This document shows, piece after piece, positions 1-10,554 of a DNA stretch of 64,000 nucleotides. Source of the DNA: an uncultured Gammaproteobacteria bacterium (GTDB lineage Bacteria > Pseudomonadota > Gammaproteobacteria > JAURND01); the NCBI GenBank assembly GCA_963714975.1, contig CAVQQD010000003.1, positions 704,001 through 768,000 on the forward strand, read 5' to 3'. The notes below the pieces were generated by a model. The model did not search any database. It was not told the DNA's origin and saw only the letters and a list, made by a program, of their open reading frames with translations. Position 1 is the first letter of the stretch; each line of letters begins with the position of its first letter. Made by a program: the position numbers and the translations under genes.

Positions 1-125
1 TGTTATTTTTTGAATCGGATGAAGTATGTCACACCTCTTATAAGGATCGGGGCGGTAAATATCAGGGCCAAACCGGCGTCACTTTGCCGCGTATGCAAGT
101 TAATCGCACCGAGGCTGAAGTTTAA
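1..125 (+). CDS. dcd: dCTP deaminase, 3' end (partial)
   Basis: Frame from base 3 reads [40 protein letters not shown], the characteristic Dcd C-terminus (SYxDRxGKYQGQxGVTLP). Not in the ORF track. Confidence 0.9.
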   Translation, partial: LFFESDEVCHTSYKDRGGKYQGQTGVTLPRMQVNRTEAEV

Positions 126-209
126 GGCTCTATGAAGTTTTGAGTGGGTAATATATCCTTCTCCCACAAGGGGAGAAGGAAAATCTACCCACTTGATTCT
201 ACATAGAAC
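126..209. repeat. MITE/REP-like palindromic element (CCTTCTCCC-N5-GGGAGAAGG core)
   Basis: Core hairpin at 157-179. The left part matches 50889 onward. The reverse complement of the right part matches 52005 onward with one mismatch. Confidence 0.8.
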
Positions 210-305
210 AAAAAAATAATAATAATTTATAAATGAAAGCCTAAATTTAAGTAATATTGCAGATTGATGATAGTCCACTATACTTAATAAAGTGTTAGGA
301 GGCTA

Positions 306-1343
306 TTGTCTATGAAAAAAATATCTTATCGCCAATTTTTGGAAAATATAAAAAAATCGCCACGAATAGTAAGTTTAGCCCAACATTTCGAAGAAATAGC
401 CTCGGGTAGGATTCAAGTACCTATAAAACCAGTTTTGGCAAATCTTTCGTTACTGTTTAATGATAAAATTGCTTTTTTTATTTATGAGAACCAAAAAAAT
501 AAAGAGGGAAAATTTTGTGAGCATGCCTATGCCAGTATTCCTTATTTATTAGAAAATTCCATAAGGGTAATGTCAGGAATTTATCTCTATGCACTTGCAC
601 ACGAAAAGTCAAAAAAAGCTAAAGGATTTTATGTTTTTGAACCGGGGGGGGGGTCTGGTGATGTCTCTAGAATTCTTCCTGAAGTTACCCATGGATTTAT
701 AAAATCATTGTGTAGTTCTGCAACCAAAGCTAATGAAATTGAATTTAATAAAAAAAAGAATAATAAAAATTCCTTCTTTTGTTTAACGCCATTTTTCAAT
801 ATTACTCCAGATTTTTTATTTAGTTCTAAAAATTTATCATGTTTTGCAAATGGATTTGACATTATTTATGAAAGGTGTACCTTCCAAATGTATGGTAATG
901 ATAGGAGGAATCAAATAAAACATGTATCAAAAGTTCTAAAAAAAGGTGGAATTATAATGTTTGAAGAAAAACTTTTAAATGAAAATATCGATGAATATAA
1001 CCGAAGAGAAAAAATAAAAAATGAGGTTTTTAAAGCCAAATATTTTAAAAAATCACAGATTCATGAAAAAGAGAAGATAATATTAGGCACAATGTTCAAA
1101 GGGATGATTACATTAAGTGAATTGTCAGAAGCAATTCGTAAAAGCTTCAAGCATGCAGTAATAATATGGAATAGCACTAATTTTTATAACGTGGTCGCAT
1201 CCAATTCACAAAAAAATCTTAAGGAATTTATATCCTACTTGCTTCCACCGTGTGTGCCACCTGAGTTTAATTTCGAAGCTGAATTACCCAAAAAATTATT
1301 TGGTCTTAAGCAAATTCATTTGTCATTTAGGGAGCCATCATGA
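306..1343 (+). CDS. class I SAM-dependent methyltransferase (probable start ATG 312)
   Basis: Motif I-like EPGGGSG, FDIIYE, and VLKKGGIIMF post-motif. Confidence 0.7.
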   Translation: MSMKKISYRQFLENIKKSPRIVSLAQHFEEIASGRIQVPIKPVLANLSLLFNDKIAFFIYENQKNKEGKFCEHAYASIPYLLENSIRVMSGIYLYALAHEKSKKAKGFYVFEPGGGSGDVSRILPEVTHGFIKSLCSSATKANEIEFNKKKNNKNSFFCLTPFFNITPDFLFSSKNLSCFANGFDIIYERCTFQMYGNDRRNQIKHVSKVLKKGGIIMFEEKLLNENIDEYNRREKIKNEVFKAKYFKKSQIHEKEKIILGTMFKGMITLSELSEAIRKSFKHAVIIWNSTNFYNVVASNSQKNLKEFISYLLPPCVPPEFNFEAELPKKLFGLKQIHLSFREPS

Positions 1344-1389
1344 AATACTTTTTGGTTGTTTTGAAATACATTAAATTAATTGAGAAAAA

Positions 1390-2136
1390 ATGAAAGAAAT
1401 TTTCAACGGTAAATATTATTCAATGTATCGGCCTGTATATCCAGAAACCTTGATTGAATATATAACAGAATTATGCGTCACTAAAGATAAAGCTTGGGAC
1501 TGCTGCACTGGAACAGGCATTGTTGCTAATATGTTGTCGGCAAGGTTTAATAAAATAATTGCAACGGATATTTCTAGTTCGCAAATTGCACATGCAATTC
1601 TAAAAAATAATATTGAGTATAAAGTAGAAAATATTTATGACGCCAATATACCTAAAAACAGTGTGGATCTCATAGCGGTAGCGCAAGCATTTCACTGGCT
1701 AGATCAGCTTAAGTTTTATAATAAAGTTAGAGAAGTAATGAAACCATGTGGTACTTTGGCTATTTGGTGTCACAGTCCTTATCCTGATGAGATAGCTGAT
1801 GTTACAAAAAAATATTTATCCCTGGTTATAGAATCATTACCTAAAGATGAAATGACAGTCTACATGAAAAATTTGGCCTATATAGAAAGCGGATATGCTA
1901 AAATTGATATGCCATTTGAAATTCGTAACTACAAATTATTTGAAATGATTCAGCAGTGGGATATGTATAGATATGTAGGTTATCTGGAAAGCATTAGCGC
2001 TAGCAATATTTATAAAGAAAAATATGGACATTCTGCTGTGGTTAATATTATAGATGATTTGCGAAAAATATGGGGTAATGAATCCAAAAAAATGACTTTA
2101 AATTGGAAAATTCACCTTCACACCTTTCGTGGATAG
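1390..2136 (+). CDS. class I SAM-dependent methyltransferase (Methyltransf_11-like)
   Basis: Y..YRPVYP, AWDCCTGTG, ATDISSSQI, VDLIAVAQAFHW. Confidence 0.85.
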   Translation: MKEIFNGKYYSMYRPVYPETLIEYITELCVTKDKAWDCCTGTGIVANMLSARFNKIIATDISSSQIAHAILKNNIEYKVENIYDANIPKNSVDLIAVAQAFHWLDQLKFYNKVREVMKPCGTLAIWCHSPYPDEIADVTKKYLSLVIESLPKDEMTVYMKNLAYIESGYAKIDMPFEIRNYKLFEMIQQWDMYRYVGYLESISASNIYKEKYGHSAVVNIIDDLRKIWGNESKKMTLNWKIHLHTFRG

Positions 2137-3269
2137 AAAATATGTTCAAAATAATAAATGGTGAAAAACTATCTTTTCATGATGTGATAGAGTTTCAAAA
2201 AAGTGGTAAAAGTGTCATGAGAACCGCGCATTTGGGAAATTTGACGCATAGCATTATTTTTCTTGGATTAAATCGAATACTTGTTTTACTACATGAATAT
2301 CTTCCCGCGGGTATTTCGTTATATAAGCCGGGTTATATAAAACTATTGGATAAGCAAATTAATCTTTCTGGGCAAGCATGTTTTAAAAATCGTCTTATCC
2401 AAATTACACACATTGCAAAAAATAAAATTCCACCAGAAATATTAAGTTCATTAAATATTAATTTAGAAAATATTCATAATGTTGCACAGCTTCATTATGA
2501 AAGCGTAGTTAAAATTAGTAAATCATTTGTTTTATATTCAGATTTTGTATTGGAAAATCTAGATAATTCAATTAAAATAGTTGGCGCATTAAGTAAGGAA
2601 TTTCCTGAATTATTTAACACATATTTTGATAGCAAAGGAAAAGAGTATAAATATTTTAAGACGCAGCATGATTTATTATTTTTTAAAGATAAAAATGATA
2701 ATGAAGTAATCATAAAAAAATCAGATTTATTGCAGCTTACATTTGATTTTATAAATCAAACTAAAAACCGCACTAGAGGAGATAATGATTATTTTGCCAG
2801 CGGTATTATGATGAGCACTAGTCCTTATATTTTATTGTTTACATTGCTGGACATTATTAATAAAAAAAACAAAAATCTAAACTTTGAATATACAGATGTC
2901 GACGTTATTCATCTTGCCGGATTAAAAATGATGGATTACATGATTTACGATAAAGAATTGGCAAAAATTAATACCAATCAACTTCAGGCAATGTTCTCCT
3001 ATTTGCGCAGTATATATCCTGATTTAATTCCAAAAAATATTAACTTTATTTTAATGCCTACAGATTGGATAAATCAGATAATTTCATGTGATAAGGGAGC
3101 AATTGATGTCTATGAGAAATATCTTGCAAATCGAAAAAAAATTCCTCCTGAGTCGCTACATAAAGAAACTAAATATCAATATGATCTTTTAATTAATCCA
3201 GTTGTTCCTATGCTGCCAAAATCTGCATGGAAAATGTCTCAGTTGGAGATAAAAGCTTGTTTTGAATGA
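2103..3269 (+). CDS. hypothetical protein (probable start ATG 2142)
   Basis: Long AT-rich ORF in an operon with two methyltransferases; no confident family. Confidence 0.65.
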   Translation: MENSPSHLSWIENMFKIINGEKLSFHDVIEFQKSGKSVMRTAHLGNLTHSIIFLGLNRILVLLHEYLPAGISLYKPGYIKLLDKQINLSGQACFKNRLIQITHIAKNKIPPEILSSLNINLENIHNVAQLHYESVVKISKSFVLYSDFVLENLDNSIKIVGALSKEFPELFNTYFDSKGKEYKYFKTQHDLLFFKDKNDNEVIIKKSDLLQLTFDFINQTKNRTRGDNDYFASGIMMSTSPYILLFTLLDIINKKNKNLNFEYTDVDVIHLAGLKMMDYMIYDKELAKINTNQLQAMFSYLRSIYPDLIPKNINFILMPTDWINQIISCDKGAIDVYEKYLANRKKIPPESLHKETKYQYDLLINPVVPMLPKSAWKMSQLEIKACFE

Positions 3270-3436
3270 GCCAGCAAAATATTATGGTCTTGCGTCAAAT
3301 TTAGACGATGCCAAGTTGTGTCAATACTGGCAAAGAGGGAGACTGCCCCCTGCCGCTTGGAGGAAGGTTATTATTTCGGCTGAAATGCAGTGTATTTTCG
3401 CCATCATATGAGACAGCTTCTAGACCTCAGTATAGC

Positions 3437-3570
3437 CTATCCGATGCACACAAATCGGTCAGCAATTCCGCTGAAGCCTTGCTCCCCGGCGGGTCCTGCC
3501 GCAGCGGCAGGACCCGTCGGGGGAATAGGGTTTCAGCGGAATTGCTGACCGATTTGTGTGCATCGGATAG
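3437..3570. repeat. 134-bp near-perfect hairpin element (CTATCCGATGC...GCATCGGATAG ends)
   Basis: Perfect 39-bp outer arms (3437-3475 and 3532-3570) plus a GC-rich inner stem centred on 3503. Confidence 0.9.
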
Positions 3571-3845
3571 CTACTACAGTTGATGCTAGTAATTTAGATT
3601 TTTTTGGATAGTGATAAAAAGGATAATAACGCAAGTAGCGATGGACTAATTTTCTGATCACGGTAATTAAATCTTGCTAAGCTAATATCGTCGTCAAACT
3701 GAGGCCCACTACGGTGTTGAGATGAGTTAGAAATTCTTGCGCATCAACCCTGGAAATTTTTCCAGGGTGATGGCAATAATTTAAATCAGCAAGCTGCGCA
3801 ATTTCTGCTGGTTTAAAAGGGATCTTGAGTACATGATGGTTCATA

Positions 3846-4313
3846 TTAGTTTTCCATAAAATAATCTTTATCGTAGGATAGTACAAGATGCTTAACCAAT
3901 TCCTCACATACTTCTCCGAGCAGTGGCTTAAATAAAAAACCATTACAACCGATCTCCCGAGCTTCTTTTTTATGTGCTTCAGTGCCATGTGCGGTTAAAA
4001 TGATGATGGGTAGCGTGCTGATTTTATCAGGGAACCTGCGAATAATTCGCGCTAATGCTAGGCCACTCATATCTGGAAGACCTAGGTCGATCACCGCGAA
4101 ATCATAGAGATTGCCTTTTTCAATTTTACCTAAGGCATCGCCCGCGGTAGTGGCTAGATCTACCTGACAATGCTCAGACTCAAACAATCCTTTTTGTGCC
4201 TTTCCACACATTAAATTATCTTCGACCAATAAAGCTCGTGCGATCGGAGTAGTTTTTTCAGTTTTATTCATAGAATGCTCCTGTGTTGTTGTAAGAAAGT
4301 GAATGCGCAACAC
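3846..4313 (-). CDS. single-domain response regulator (receiver), probable start ATG 4271
   Basis: LLVEDN, phospho-acceptor DLGLPDMSG, LTAH, KP motifs. Confidence 0.9.
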   Translation of the reverse strand: MLRIHFLTTTQEHSMNKTEKTTPIARALLVEDNLMCGKAQKGLFESEHCQVDLATTAGDALGKIEKGNLYDFAVIDLGLPDMSGLALARIIRRFPDKISTLPIIILTAHGTEAHKKEAREIGCNGFLFKPLLGEVCEELVKHLVLSYDKDYFMEN

Positions 4314-4717
4314 AACAAAAATTGGAAATTATCAGACCTATGCATTTCGGGTAGGAATGGTAGAGGCTAAAAGATTAGAGCAGAGCAGCGGAGCCCGCTG
4401 CTCCACCATAACCACCCCTACCATTCTACTACCCAGCCTTTCGCAATTCGCCACTGCCTAAACCATCCCCAAAAGCTATCTCACAGCCACAACCCATCAT
4501 GGTCTGCGAGGATTTAAATGAAATAGCCCTTAAATTTGCCTGAGCAAGGCAAACTAATGGTTTAAGTTGAGTGGGAAAGTACAAAAAGCTGTTTTGCGCG
4601 AACGCATGATACGTTAAAATGGTTGCAACCATGATGAAAATCTCCAAGTTAGATTTTTGTTGTGGCCAGCAGTTGGCGAGGGGTGATGACCTTGCCGACT
4701 GCGCTTGAGTATTATCA

Positions 4718-6114
4718 TCAGACTTTCTTAATAATGCAATACCTGATTTAATTTTTTTACTTTCTAAACTGAAAGCCACATCTCTTATTGCATTATTTGC
4801 ATCTGGATTCACATGCCCAACATGGGAAAAAATCCAAACTCTGTTCATCGGAGCGATATTGTGCCGAAGAGCCAGGCGGATAAGTAGTATTTTGCGGGTG
4901 ATGAATTTATCCAGGGAGAAAAATTTTTCTAAATATCACCGCGTTCTAAGTCGAGCGCAATGGGATGGCTTAGTGTTAAGCAAAATTTTATTTGGAATGT
5001 TGGTGAATGTGTTGCCAAAGTCATGGCCAATTTTAATAGCTGTCGATGAAACGCTGGAACGCAGAAGAGGCAAAAAAATAAAGGCCAAAGGTGCATACCG
5101 CGATGCCGTGCTCTCAAGTGAATCCAAAGTCATTACGTCTTTCGGATTAAAGTGGGAATGCATGACGTTGATTGTGCCATTACCTTGGTGTAAGCGTCCA
5201 TGGGCGTTACCTTTTTTGACAGTTCTTGCTCCATCAAAAAAATGTAATGAAAAAGAAAAGAAACGGCATAAAACATCCATAGATTGGACGCAACAAATGG
5301 TGAAATTAGTTTCTTGTTGGGCAAAGCGCCCTTGGATATTGATAGGGGATGGAGCTTATGCTTGTATGAAATTGGCGCAAACTTGTCTTAAACGGCACGT
5401 TACATTGATATCGCGTTTGCGATTAGATGCTCAGTTGTATAAGTTTCCCGAATCGACAGGAAAGACCAGGGGTAGGAGACCAATTAAAGGCAAACGAATT
5501 TTTCTCAAAAAATTGTTGGAAGATACTGCTCAATCGTGGGAAACCATGGAGGTTAATTGGTATGGTGGAAAGAAAAAACCATCGAATACTTGACGTTTGT
5601 GTGCCTATGGTACCATGCGGGTATGCCTACCTTACCCGTGCGAATTGTGCTAGTCAAAACGCCTGATGGAAAAAATGCGGCTGAAACATTTTTTAGTACG
5701 AATACGGATGATTTACCGAAACAAATTATTAATTGGTTTGTCCTGCGATGGAATATTGAGGTCACTTTTGAAGAAGTTCGCGCTCATTTGGGTGTAGAGA
5801 CGCAACGGCAATGGTCAGATAAGGCCATCCAAAGATCAACACCGTTATTGGTGGGACTGTATTCGTTAGCGGCGCTGATAGGGATTAAAATGAATGAAAC
5901 AACAGCCATTTTGATTCAAGAAAAAGCCTCCTGGTATGAAAAAAATGGTGAACTGACTTTTGCTGATATTATTATGGTAATCAGGAAATCAATTCTAACG
6001 AAAAAGTATTTTTCAAAGTCTGAAAACAGAGGTGACTTGTTGGAAATTACCGCTAATGAAGCTAATGATTTGATTTATCAACTCGCGTTAGCTGCATAAT
6101 TGACTAAAGTCGAG
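4718..6114 (+). mobile_element. IS701-like insertion sequence
   Basis: Transposase ORFs inside. Right end ...GACTAAAGTCGAG at 6114; a degenerate left-end candidate near 4718. Confidence 0.7.
4859..6099 (+). pseudogene. IS701-family DDE transposase, frameshifted near 5570 (ORFs 4859-5593 and 5557-6099)
   Basis: IAVDETLERRRG, IGDGAY, RWNIEVTFEE motifs; frame change in an A-run at GGAAAGAAAAAA. Confidence 0.8.
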
Positions 6115-6131
6115 TTATAAGGAAGGTAAGT

Positions 6132-6866
6132 TTATTTTCGTGCCTTGATCAGCAACAAAGGAGGGCGGATTTTATGGATGATAAACTCTGCTCTTTTTGC
6201 AATTAATTGATCATCAGGCATTGGCTCTAATACACGTTCGATGATCAACTCATTATCTATTAAGATATTTATATAGGTTGAGACTTTTCGATGGTATTTT
6301 TTTACCCCCTCTACTAACCATTTTTGTTCAAATAATTTTTCATCACGATAGTTATACACTGGATGAAAGAGATTGCCTTGTTGATCTGTTTTGATAATGC
6401 CTCCGGTGTAGGCGGTGCAAATTGGATGTTCAACTGAAAATATTAAAAATCCGTTCGTTTTTAAGTAAGAAATAATTTCTTTTATCATTAATTCCAGATT
6501 TTCTACATAATGAAAAACCAGAGAAGAGACAATGAGGTCAAAAGAATTTTCACGGCACTCTAGATCTTCTACAGGGATTTGCTGGTATATTATATTGGGA
6601 TGTTGATTTTCTGTTTTTGCCACCTTCAGCATGTTGGCAGAAGCATCGATAGCAAAGACTGATTTAGCGCCTTCTGTAGCTGCATATTTTGCAAATTCCC
6701 CAAATCCGCAGCCAATTTCCAAGATGGCTTTATCATCCAGCTTGGGCAATAAAGAAAAAATGGCTGGTTGTTCAATGAGGTTGTTAAATCCTTCATCATT
6801 CTCACGAATGGCTTTATATGCCTTAAAAAATTCATCATTATCATAGATGTTTTGAATTTTTTTCAT
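6132..6866 (-). CDS. class I SAM-dependent methyltransferase
   Basis: QNIYD, ILEIGCGFG, FDLIVSSLVFHYV, FSVEHP. Confidence 0.9.
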   Translation of the reverse strand: MKKIQNIYDNDEFFKAYKAIRENDEGFNNLIEQPAIFSLLPKLDDKAILEIGCGFGEFAKYAATEGAKSVFAIDASANMLKVAKTENQHPNIIYQQIPVEDLECRENSFDLIVSSLVFHYVENLELMIKEIISYLKTNGFLIFSVEHPICTAYTGGIIKTDQQGNLFHPVYNYRDEKLFEQKWLVEGVKKYHRKVSTYINILIDNELIIERVLEPMPDDQLIAKRAEFIIHKIRPPLLLIKARK

Positions 6867-6949
6867 GATCCTGAATTCCCTATTTTTATAAGAATTTGCT
6901 TGCTTTAAATGTATGAAACTGCAATTTTCATCGCAATTTCCTTAGAGGT

Positions 6950-7010
6950 CAGAAGCCCGCCCTTTAGGGCGGAAGGAAGCGACTCACCTCGGCCTGAAGG
7001 CCGGAGACTT
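6950..7010. mobile_element. IS200/IS605-like end hairpins (relic)
   Basis: AGAAGCCCGCCCTTTAGGGCGG and CTCGGCCTGAAGGCCGGAG hairpins resembling IS200/605 ends; no transposase. Confidence 0.45.
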
Positions 7011-7021
7011 TATTGCTGGGA

Positions 7022-7312
7022 CTACCCTGGGGGAAGGGAATTAATCCTATCCTTTAAATCCTTGCCCATCTTGAAATAAGGCCAAAACTTGGCTGAGGTG
7101 GCTACTTGCGTGCCTGTCTTTGGATTCCGGGCTTGACGAGGAGAGCGGTAACGCAGGCTGAAGCTGCCAAAACCGCGAATTTCAATTCTTTGGCCGCCGG
7201 CTAAGGATTGGCATAAATAATCAAAGATATGGTTGATACTGTGCTCAATATCCTCTAAGGAAAGACAGTTTTGTTTCGCAGCGACGCGTTGGATCAGCTC
7301 GGATTTGATCAT
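7022..7312 (-). CDS. ihfB: integration host factor subunit beta
   Basis: MIKSELI...RIEIRGFGSFSLRYR.PR.ARNPKTG...PYFKMGKDLKDRIN. Confidence 0.9.
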   Translation of the reverse strand: MIKSELIQRVAAKQNCLSLEDIEHSINHIFDYLCQSLAGGQRIEIRGFGSFSLRYRSPRQARNPKTGTQVATSAKFWPYFKMGKDLKDRINSLPPG

Positions 7313-7983
7313 AGGGGTTCCTCATAAAGACCGTAGGGAATTCCAGTACTTGGCAAAGCTTCCCCATCTAACAGAATGCAATCGTCTAGAAATTGTAGCC
7401 GCCCTTTAGCATATAACGCAATCACTTTGGGATACAGGCTATGTTCAAGCTGCTGTACTTTTGCTTTGAGTGAATTAGCATTGTCTTCTGGGCTAATGGC
7501 CACTTGAGCTTGGGCGATAATGGGCCCGCTGTCTAATTCCTCAGTCACTACATGCACGGTGGTCCCATGATAGCGATCACCGGCGGCAAGAACTTGTTGA
7601 TAAGTTTTAAGTCCTCGATATTTAGGTAGCAGTGAAGGATGAATATTAATAATTTGCTGCGGAAATTTTTCAATGAATTCTGGGGTTAAAATACGCATAA
7701 ATCCAGCCAAGCAAATCAGCTGGGGGTGGTAACCTAGGAGACATTGACTCAAAGCCTGATCATAGTCTGCTCGCTGGGGAAAATTTTTTGCCGTAATCGT
7801 TTCGGTAGGGATGCCAGCTTGTTGGGCGCGGATTAGCCCGTAAGCATTCTCATTACTACTCACTACCACGGCAATTTCTGCGGGCAGCCCTTGGCTAATG
7901 GCATCGATAATAGCTTGTAAGGTCCCACCGAAACCCGAAATCAGCACGGCAATGGGCAGAGGATGAGCCTTAGAATACCGCAT
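7309..7983 (-). CDS. purN: phosphoribosylglycinamide formyltransferase
   Basis: [32 protein letters not shown]; follows purM. Confidence 0.96.
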   Translation of the reverse strand: MRYSKAHPLPIAVLISGFGGTLQAIIDAISQGLPAEIAVVVSSNENAYGLIRAQQAGIPTETITAKNFPQRADYDQALSQCLLGYHPQLICLAGFMRILTPEFIEKFPQQIINIHPSLLPKYRGLKTYQQVLAAGDRYHGTTVHVVTEELDSGPIIAQAQVAISPEDNANSLKAKVQQLEHSLYPKVIALYAKGRLQFLDDCILLDGEALPSTGIPYGLYEEPL

Positions 7984-9037
7984 GATTTAGCATGACTTGT
8001 GGCTGAGAGTGCGGCGATTGAGTGATTTCGCCAATGATCCAGGCGGTTTCTCCGAACTGCTGTAATAAATCAAGGCTGCGTTGGGCACTATCTTGAGGAA
8101 CACAGGCAATCATCCCAATACCGCAATTGAAGGTGCGAAACATTTCCTGGCTGTCAATGGCGCCTTGGGCTTGTAGCCAGTGAAAAATAGGGGGGATTTT
8201 CCAAGCGCGCGAGTCTAGCTGAGCGGTAGTAAAAGGCGGGAGTACCCGAGGAATATTTTCAATTAAGCCGCCGCCGGTAATATGCGCCAGACCATGCACT
8301 GCAACTTCTTGCATTAAGCTGAGTAGGGGTTTGACGTAAATCCGGGTAGGTTGCAATAAAGCTGCGCCCAAGTTGGTATCACCAAAAGCTTGCTGCAAGT
8401 CGCACTGGTTTTGCGCCAAAATCTTGCGCACCAGCGAGAAGCCGTTGGCATGAACCCCCGAGGAGGCAATGCCAATAATCGCGTCTCCTGGCGCGACGCG
8501 ACGACCATCAATTAGTTGGGCTTTTTCGACAATACCCACGCTAAAACCAGCTAAGTCGTAATCCGAGCCCTGATAGACGCCGGGCATTTCCGCGGTTTCT
8601 CCGCCAATGAGTGCAGCTCCTGCTTGTTGGCAGCCGAGGCCAATGCCGCCCATCACTTCCGTTGCGATGTCGAGTGATAAATGCCCGGTGGCATAATAGT
8701 CCAGAAAAAATAAGGGTTCTGCGCCTTGAACGATAATATCATTCACACACATAGCCACCAGGTCGATGCCAATCGTATCGTGTTTTTGCAGGGCTAAAGC
8801 TAACTTCAGTTTAGTGCCCACCCCGTCAGTCGAGGAGACCAGGATCGGTTGTTGGTAACGGTGCAATGGTAGCTCGAATAAAGCGCCAAAGCCTCCAAGG
8901 CCTGCTAGTACTTCTGGGCGCTGAGTTTTTGCCGCAATCGGTTTAATTCGTTGGACGAATTCATTGCCGGTGTCGATATCAACCCCCGCTTGGGCATAAG
9001 TTAAAGAAGGATTTTGTGGCTGGCTCATAGTCAGCAT
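7970..9037 (-). CDS. purM: phosphoribosylformylglycinamidine cyclo-ligase
   Basis: [38 protein letters not shown]. Confidence 0.97.
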   Translation of the reverse strand: MLTMSQPQNPSLTYAQAGVDIDTGNEFVQRIKPIAAKTQRPEVLAGLGGFGALFELPLHRYQQPILVSSTDGVGTKLKLALALQKHDTIGIDLVAMCVNDIIVQGAEPLFFLDYYATGHLSLDIATEVMGGIGLGCQQAGAALIGGETAEMPGVYQGSDYDLAGFSVGIVEKAQLIDGRRVAPGDAIIGIASSGVHANGFSLVRKILAQNQCDLQQAFGDTNLGAALLQPTRIYVKPLLSLMQEVAVHGLAHITGGGLIENIPRVLPPFTTAQLDSRAWKIPPIFHWLQAQGAIDSQEMFRTFNCGIGMIACVPQDSAQRSLDLLQQFGETAWIIGEITQSPHSQPQVMLNHAVF

Positions 9038-9060
9038 ATAATAGGCAGCTATTTTTTAAA

Positions 9061-9837
9061 TTGCTACTAGGGGATTGTATGAGAACGAAAATAATCGGCT
9101 CGATATTAGCTTGGCTGTTTCCTGCGTCTATTTTTGCCCTGGCGTTGCCCACGCTGTATCAAGGGGAAGTGGTGGTGCCAGGGTATGCTCAAGAGCATTG
9201 GCAAAAAGCCGTGGCTCCGGCGTTAGCCCAGGTGCTAGTGAAAGTTAGCGGTGATGCTAATGTTACGCAAATTAGCTCGATTCGTACGGCGCTAAGCAAG
9301 GCAGGAAACCTGGTGCAAAGTTACAATTATGCGGGCATTGATCGTGATGGTCAGCCCATGTTAGTTCTGCAATTACGCTTTTCACCCAGAGCGGTCAATC
9401 AATTATTGCAGCAAGAGAATCAACCGGTGTTACCCAAGGAGCGTGCGCAGAGTTTGTTATGGCTAGTTTCAGCTGACACCCAGGGTCAACTAACCCTGGT
9501 GAACGATGAGCATTCTTTAATGCTAGGGTTACAGAAAGAAGCAGAAAAAATAGGCATACCATTGCTTTGGCCGTCCCTGGATTTGCAAGATTTACAGCGG
9601 GTGTCTGCCCGACAAATTGCTGATTTTGATCAGACCGTGATTACTGCTGCTTCACAGCGTTATAACCCCGAGGCGGTGTTGATTGGGAAAATTAGCCAAT
9701 TAGGGAATGCAAGTTGGCACGGGAAGTGGTTATGGATAGGTCCCGGCGGGGATCAAACGTGGGAGACTTATGGTGCAACAGCAAATCAAGCGATGAATAA
9801 TGTTTTGAGTCAATTACGCCAGGGTATGGTGAGCTAA
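9061..9837 (+). CDS. DUF2066-like exported protein (probable start ATG 9079)
   Basis: Signal peptide, ALAQVLVKVSG, P.LDLQD; conserved position between purM and hda. Confidence 0.75.
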   Translation: MLLGDCMRTKIIGSILAWLFPASIFALALPTLYQGEVVVPGYAQEHWQKAVAPALAQVLVKVSGDANVTQISSIRTALSKAGNLVQSYNYAGIDRDGQPMLVLQLRFSPRAVNQLLQQENQPVLPKERAQSLLWLVSADTQGQLTLVNDEHSLMLGLQKEAEKIGIPLLWPSLDLQDLQRVSARQIADFDQTVITAASQRYNPEAVLIGKISQLGNASWHGKWLWIGPGGDQTWETYGATANQAMNNVLSQLRQGMVS

Positions 9838-9840
9838 AAA

Positions 9841-10554
9841 ATGCCAATTCAGTTACCTATCCTATTGCAATGGCCTGACTGTGCGAGTTTTACCAGTTAT
9901 TATCCAGCGGAAAATCTTGCTGTGGTGCAATACTTACAAACCTGGTTAGGGGACGCAATTCGCGAAGACGCCTGTGTCTGTGTATATGGCGCCGCAGGGA
10001 TAGGTCTCACTCATTTGCTACAGGCCTGTTGTCAGTCTCTACAGCTACAGGGACAAGCAGCTGCTTATTTACCGATGAAACAAAATCTTTCTTTAGCAAT
10101 CGTAGAAGGAATGGAAACCTTGGCTTTAGTGGCCGTTGACGATGTTGATCAGATAGCTGGAGATCGTGATTGGGAAGAGGCAATATTTCATTGCTATAAC
10201 CGCTGTAAAATTAAAGCCACGCCTTTTTTACTGGCGAGTCATACTCCTCCTCAGCAAATAGCTTGGTCTTTGCCTGATTTGGCTTCAAGAATAAATGCTA
10301 GTATCTTGATCCCGGTTCAGCCATTAGCTGATGAGGCAAAGATAGCGGCCCTACAACATCGGGCTAAATTGCGTGGTTTAGATTTACCCCTCGAAGTAGG
10401 TAATTATTTATTAAATCATTTGCCGCGGGATACCAAAGCGTTATTTCAGGTGTTAGAAACCTTAGATCAAGCTGCTTACATTGCACAGCGCCGATTGACG
10501 ATTCCCTTTGTGAAAGAAGTACTTGTTAAGGCTCAAGGGGCTCATAATTTATAA
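9841..10554 (+). CDS. hda: DnaA regulatory inactivator Hda
   Basis: QLPI N-terminal clamp motif, G.G.THLLQA, LPDLASR, RRLTIPFVKEVL. Confidence 0.93.
   Translation: MPIQLPILLQWPDCASFTSYYPAENLAVVQYLQTWLGDAIREDACVCVYGAAGIGLTHLLQACCQSLQLQGQAAAYLPMKQNLSLAIVEGMETLALVAVDDVDQIAGDRDWEEAIFHCYNRCKIKATPFLLASHTPPQQIAWSLPDLASRINASILIPVQPLADEAKIAALQHRAKLRGLDLPLEVGNYLLNHLPRDTKALFQVLETLDQAAYIAQRRLTIPFVKEVLVKAQGAHNL

Noticed and set aside
3-278. 91-aa minus-strand ORF
   Set aside because: Antisense to the dcd 3' end and runs through a REP element
3308-3583. 91-aa ORF
   Set aside because: Mostly the 134-bp palindrome; no protein-like features
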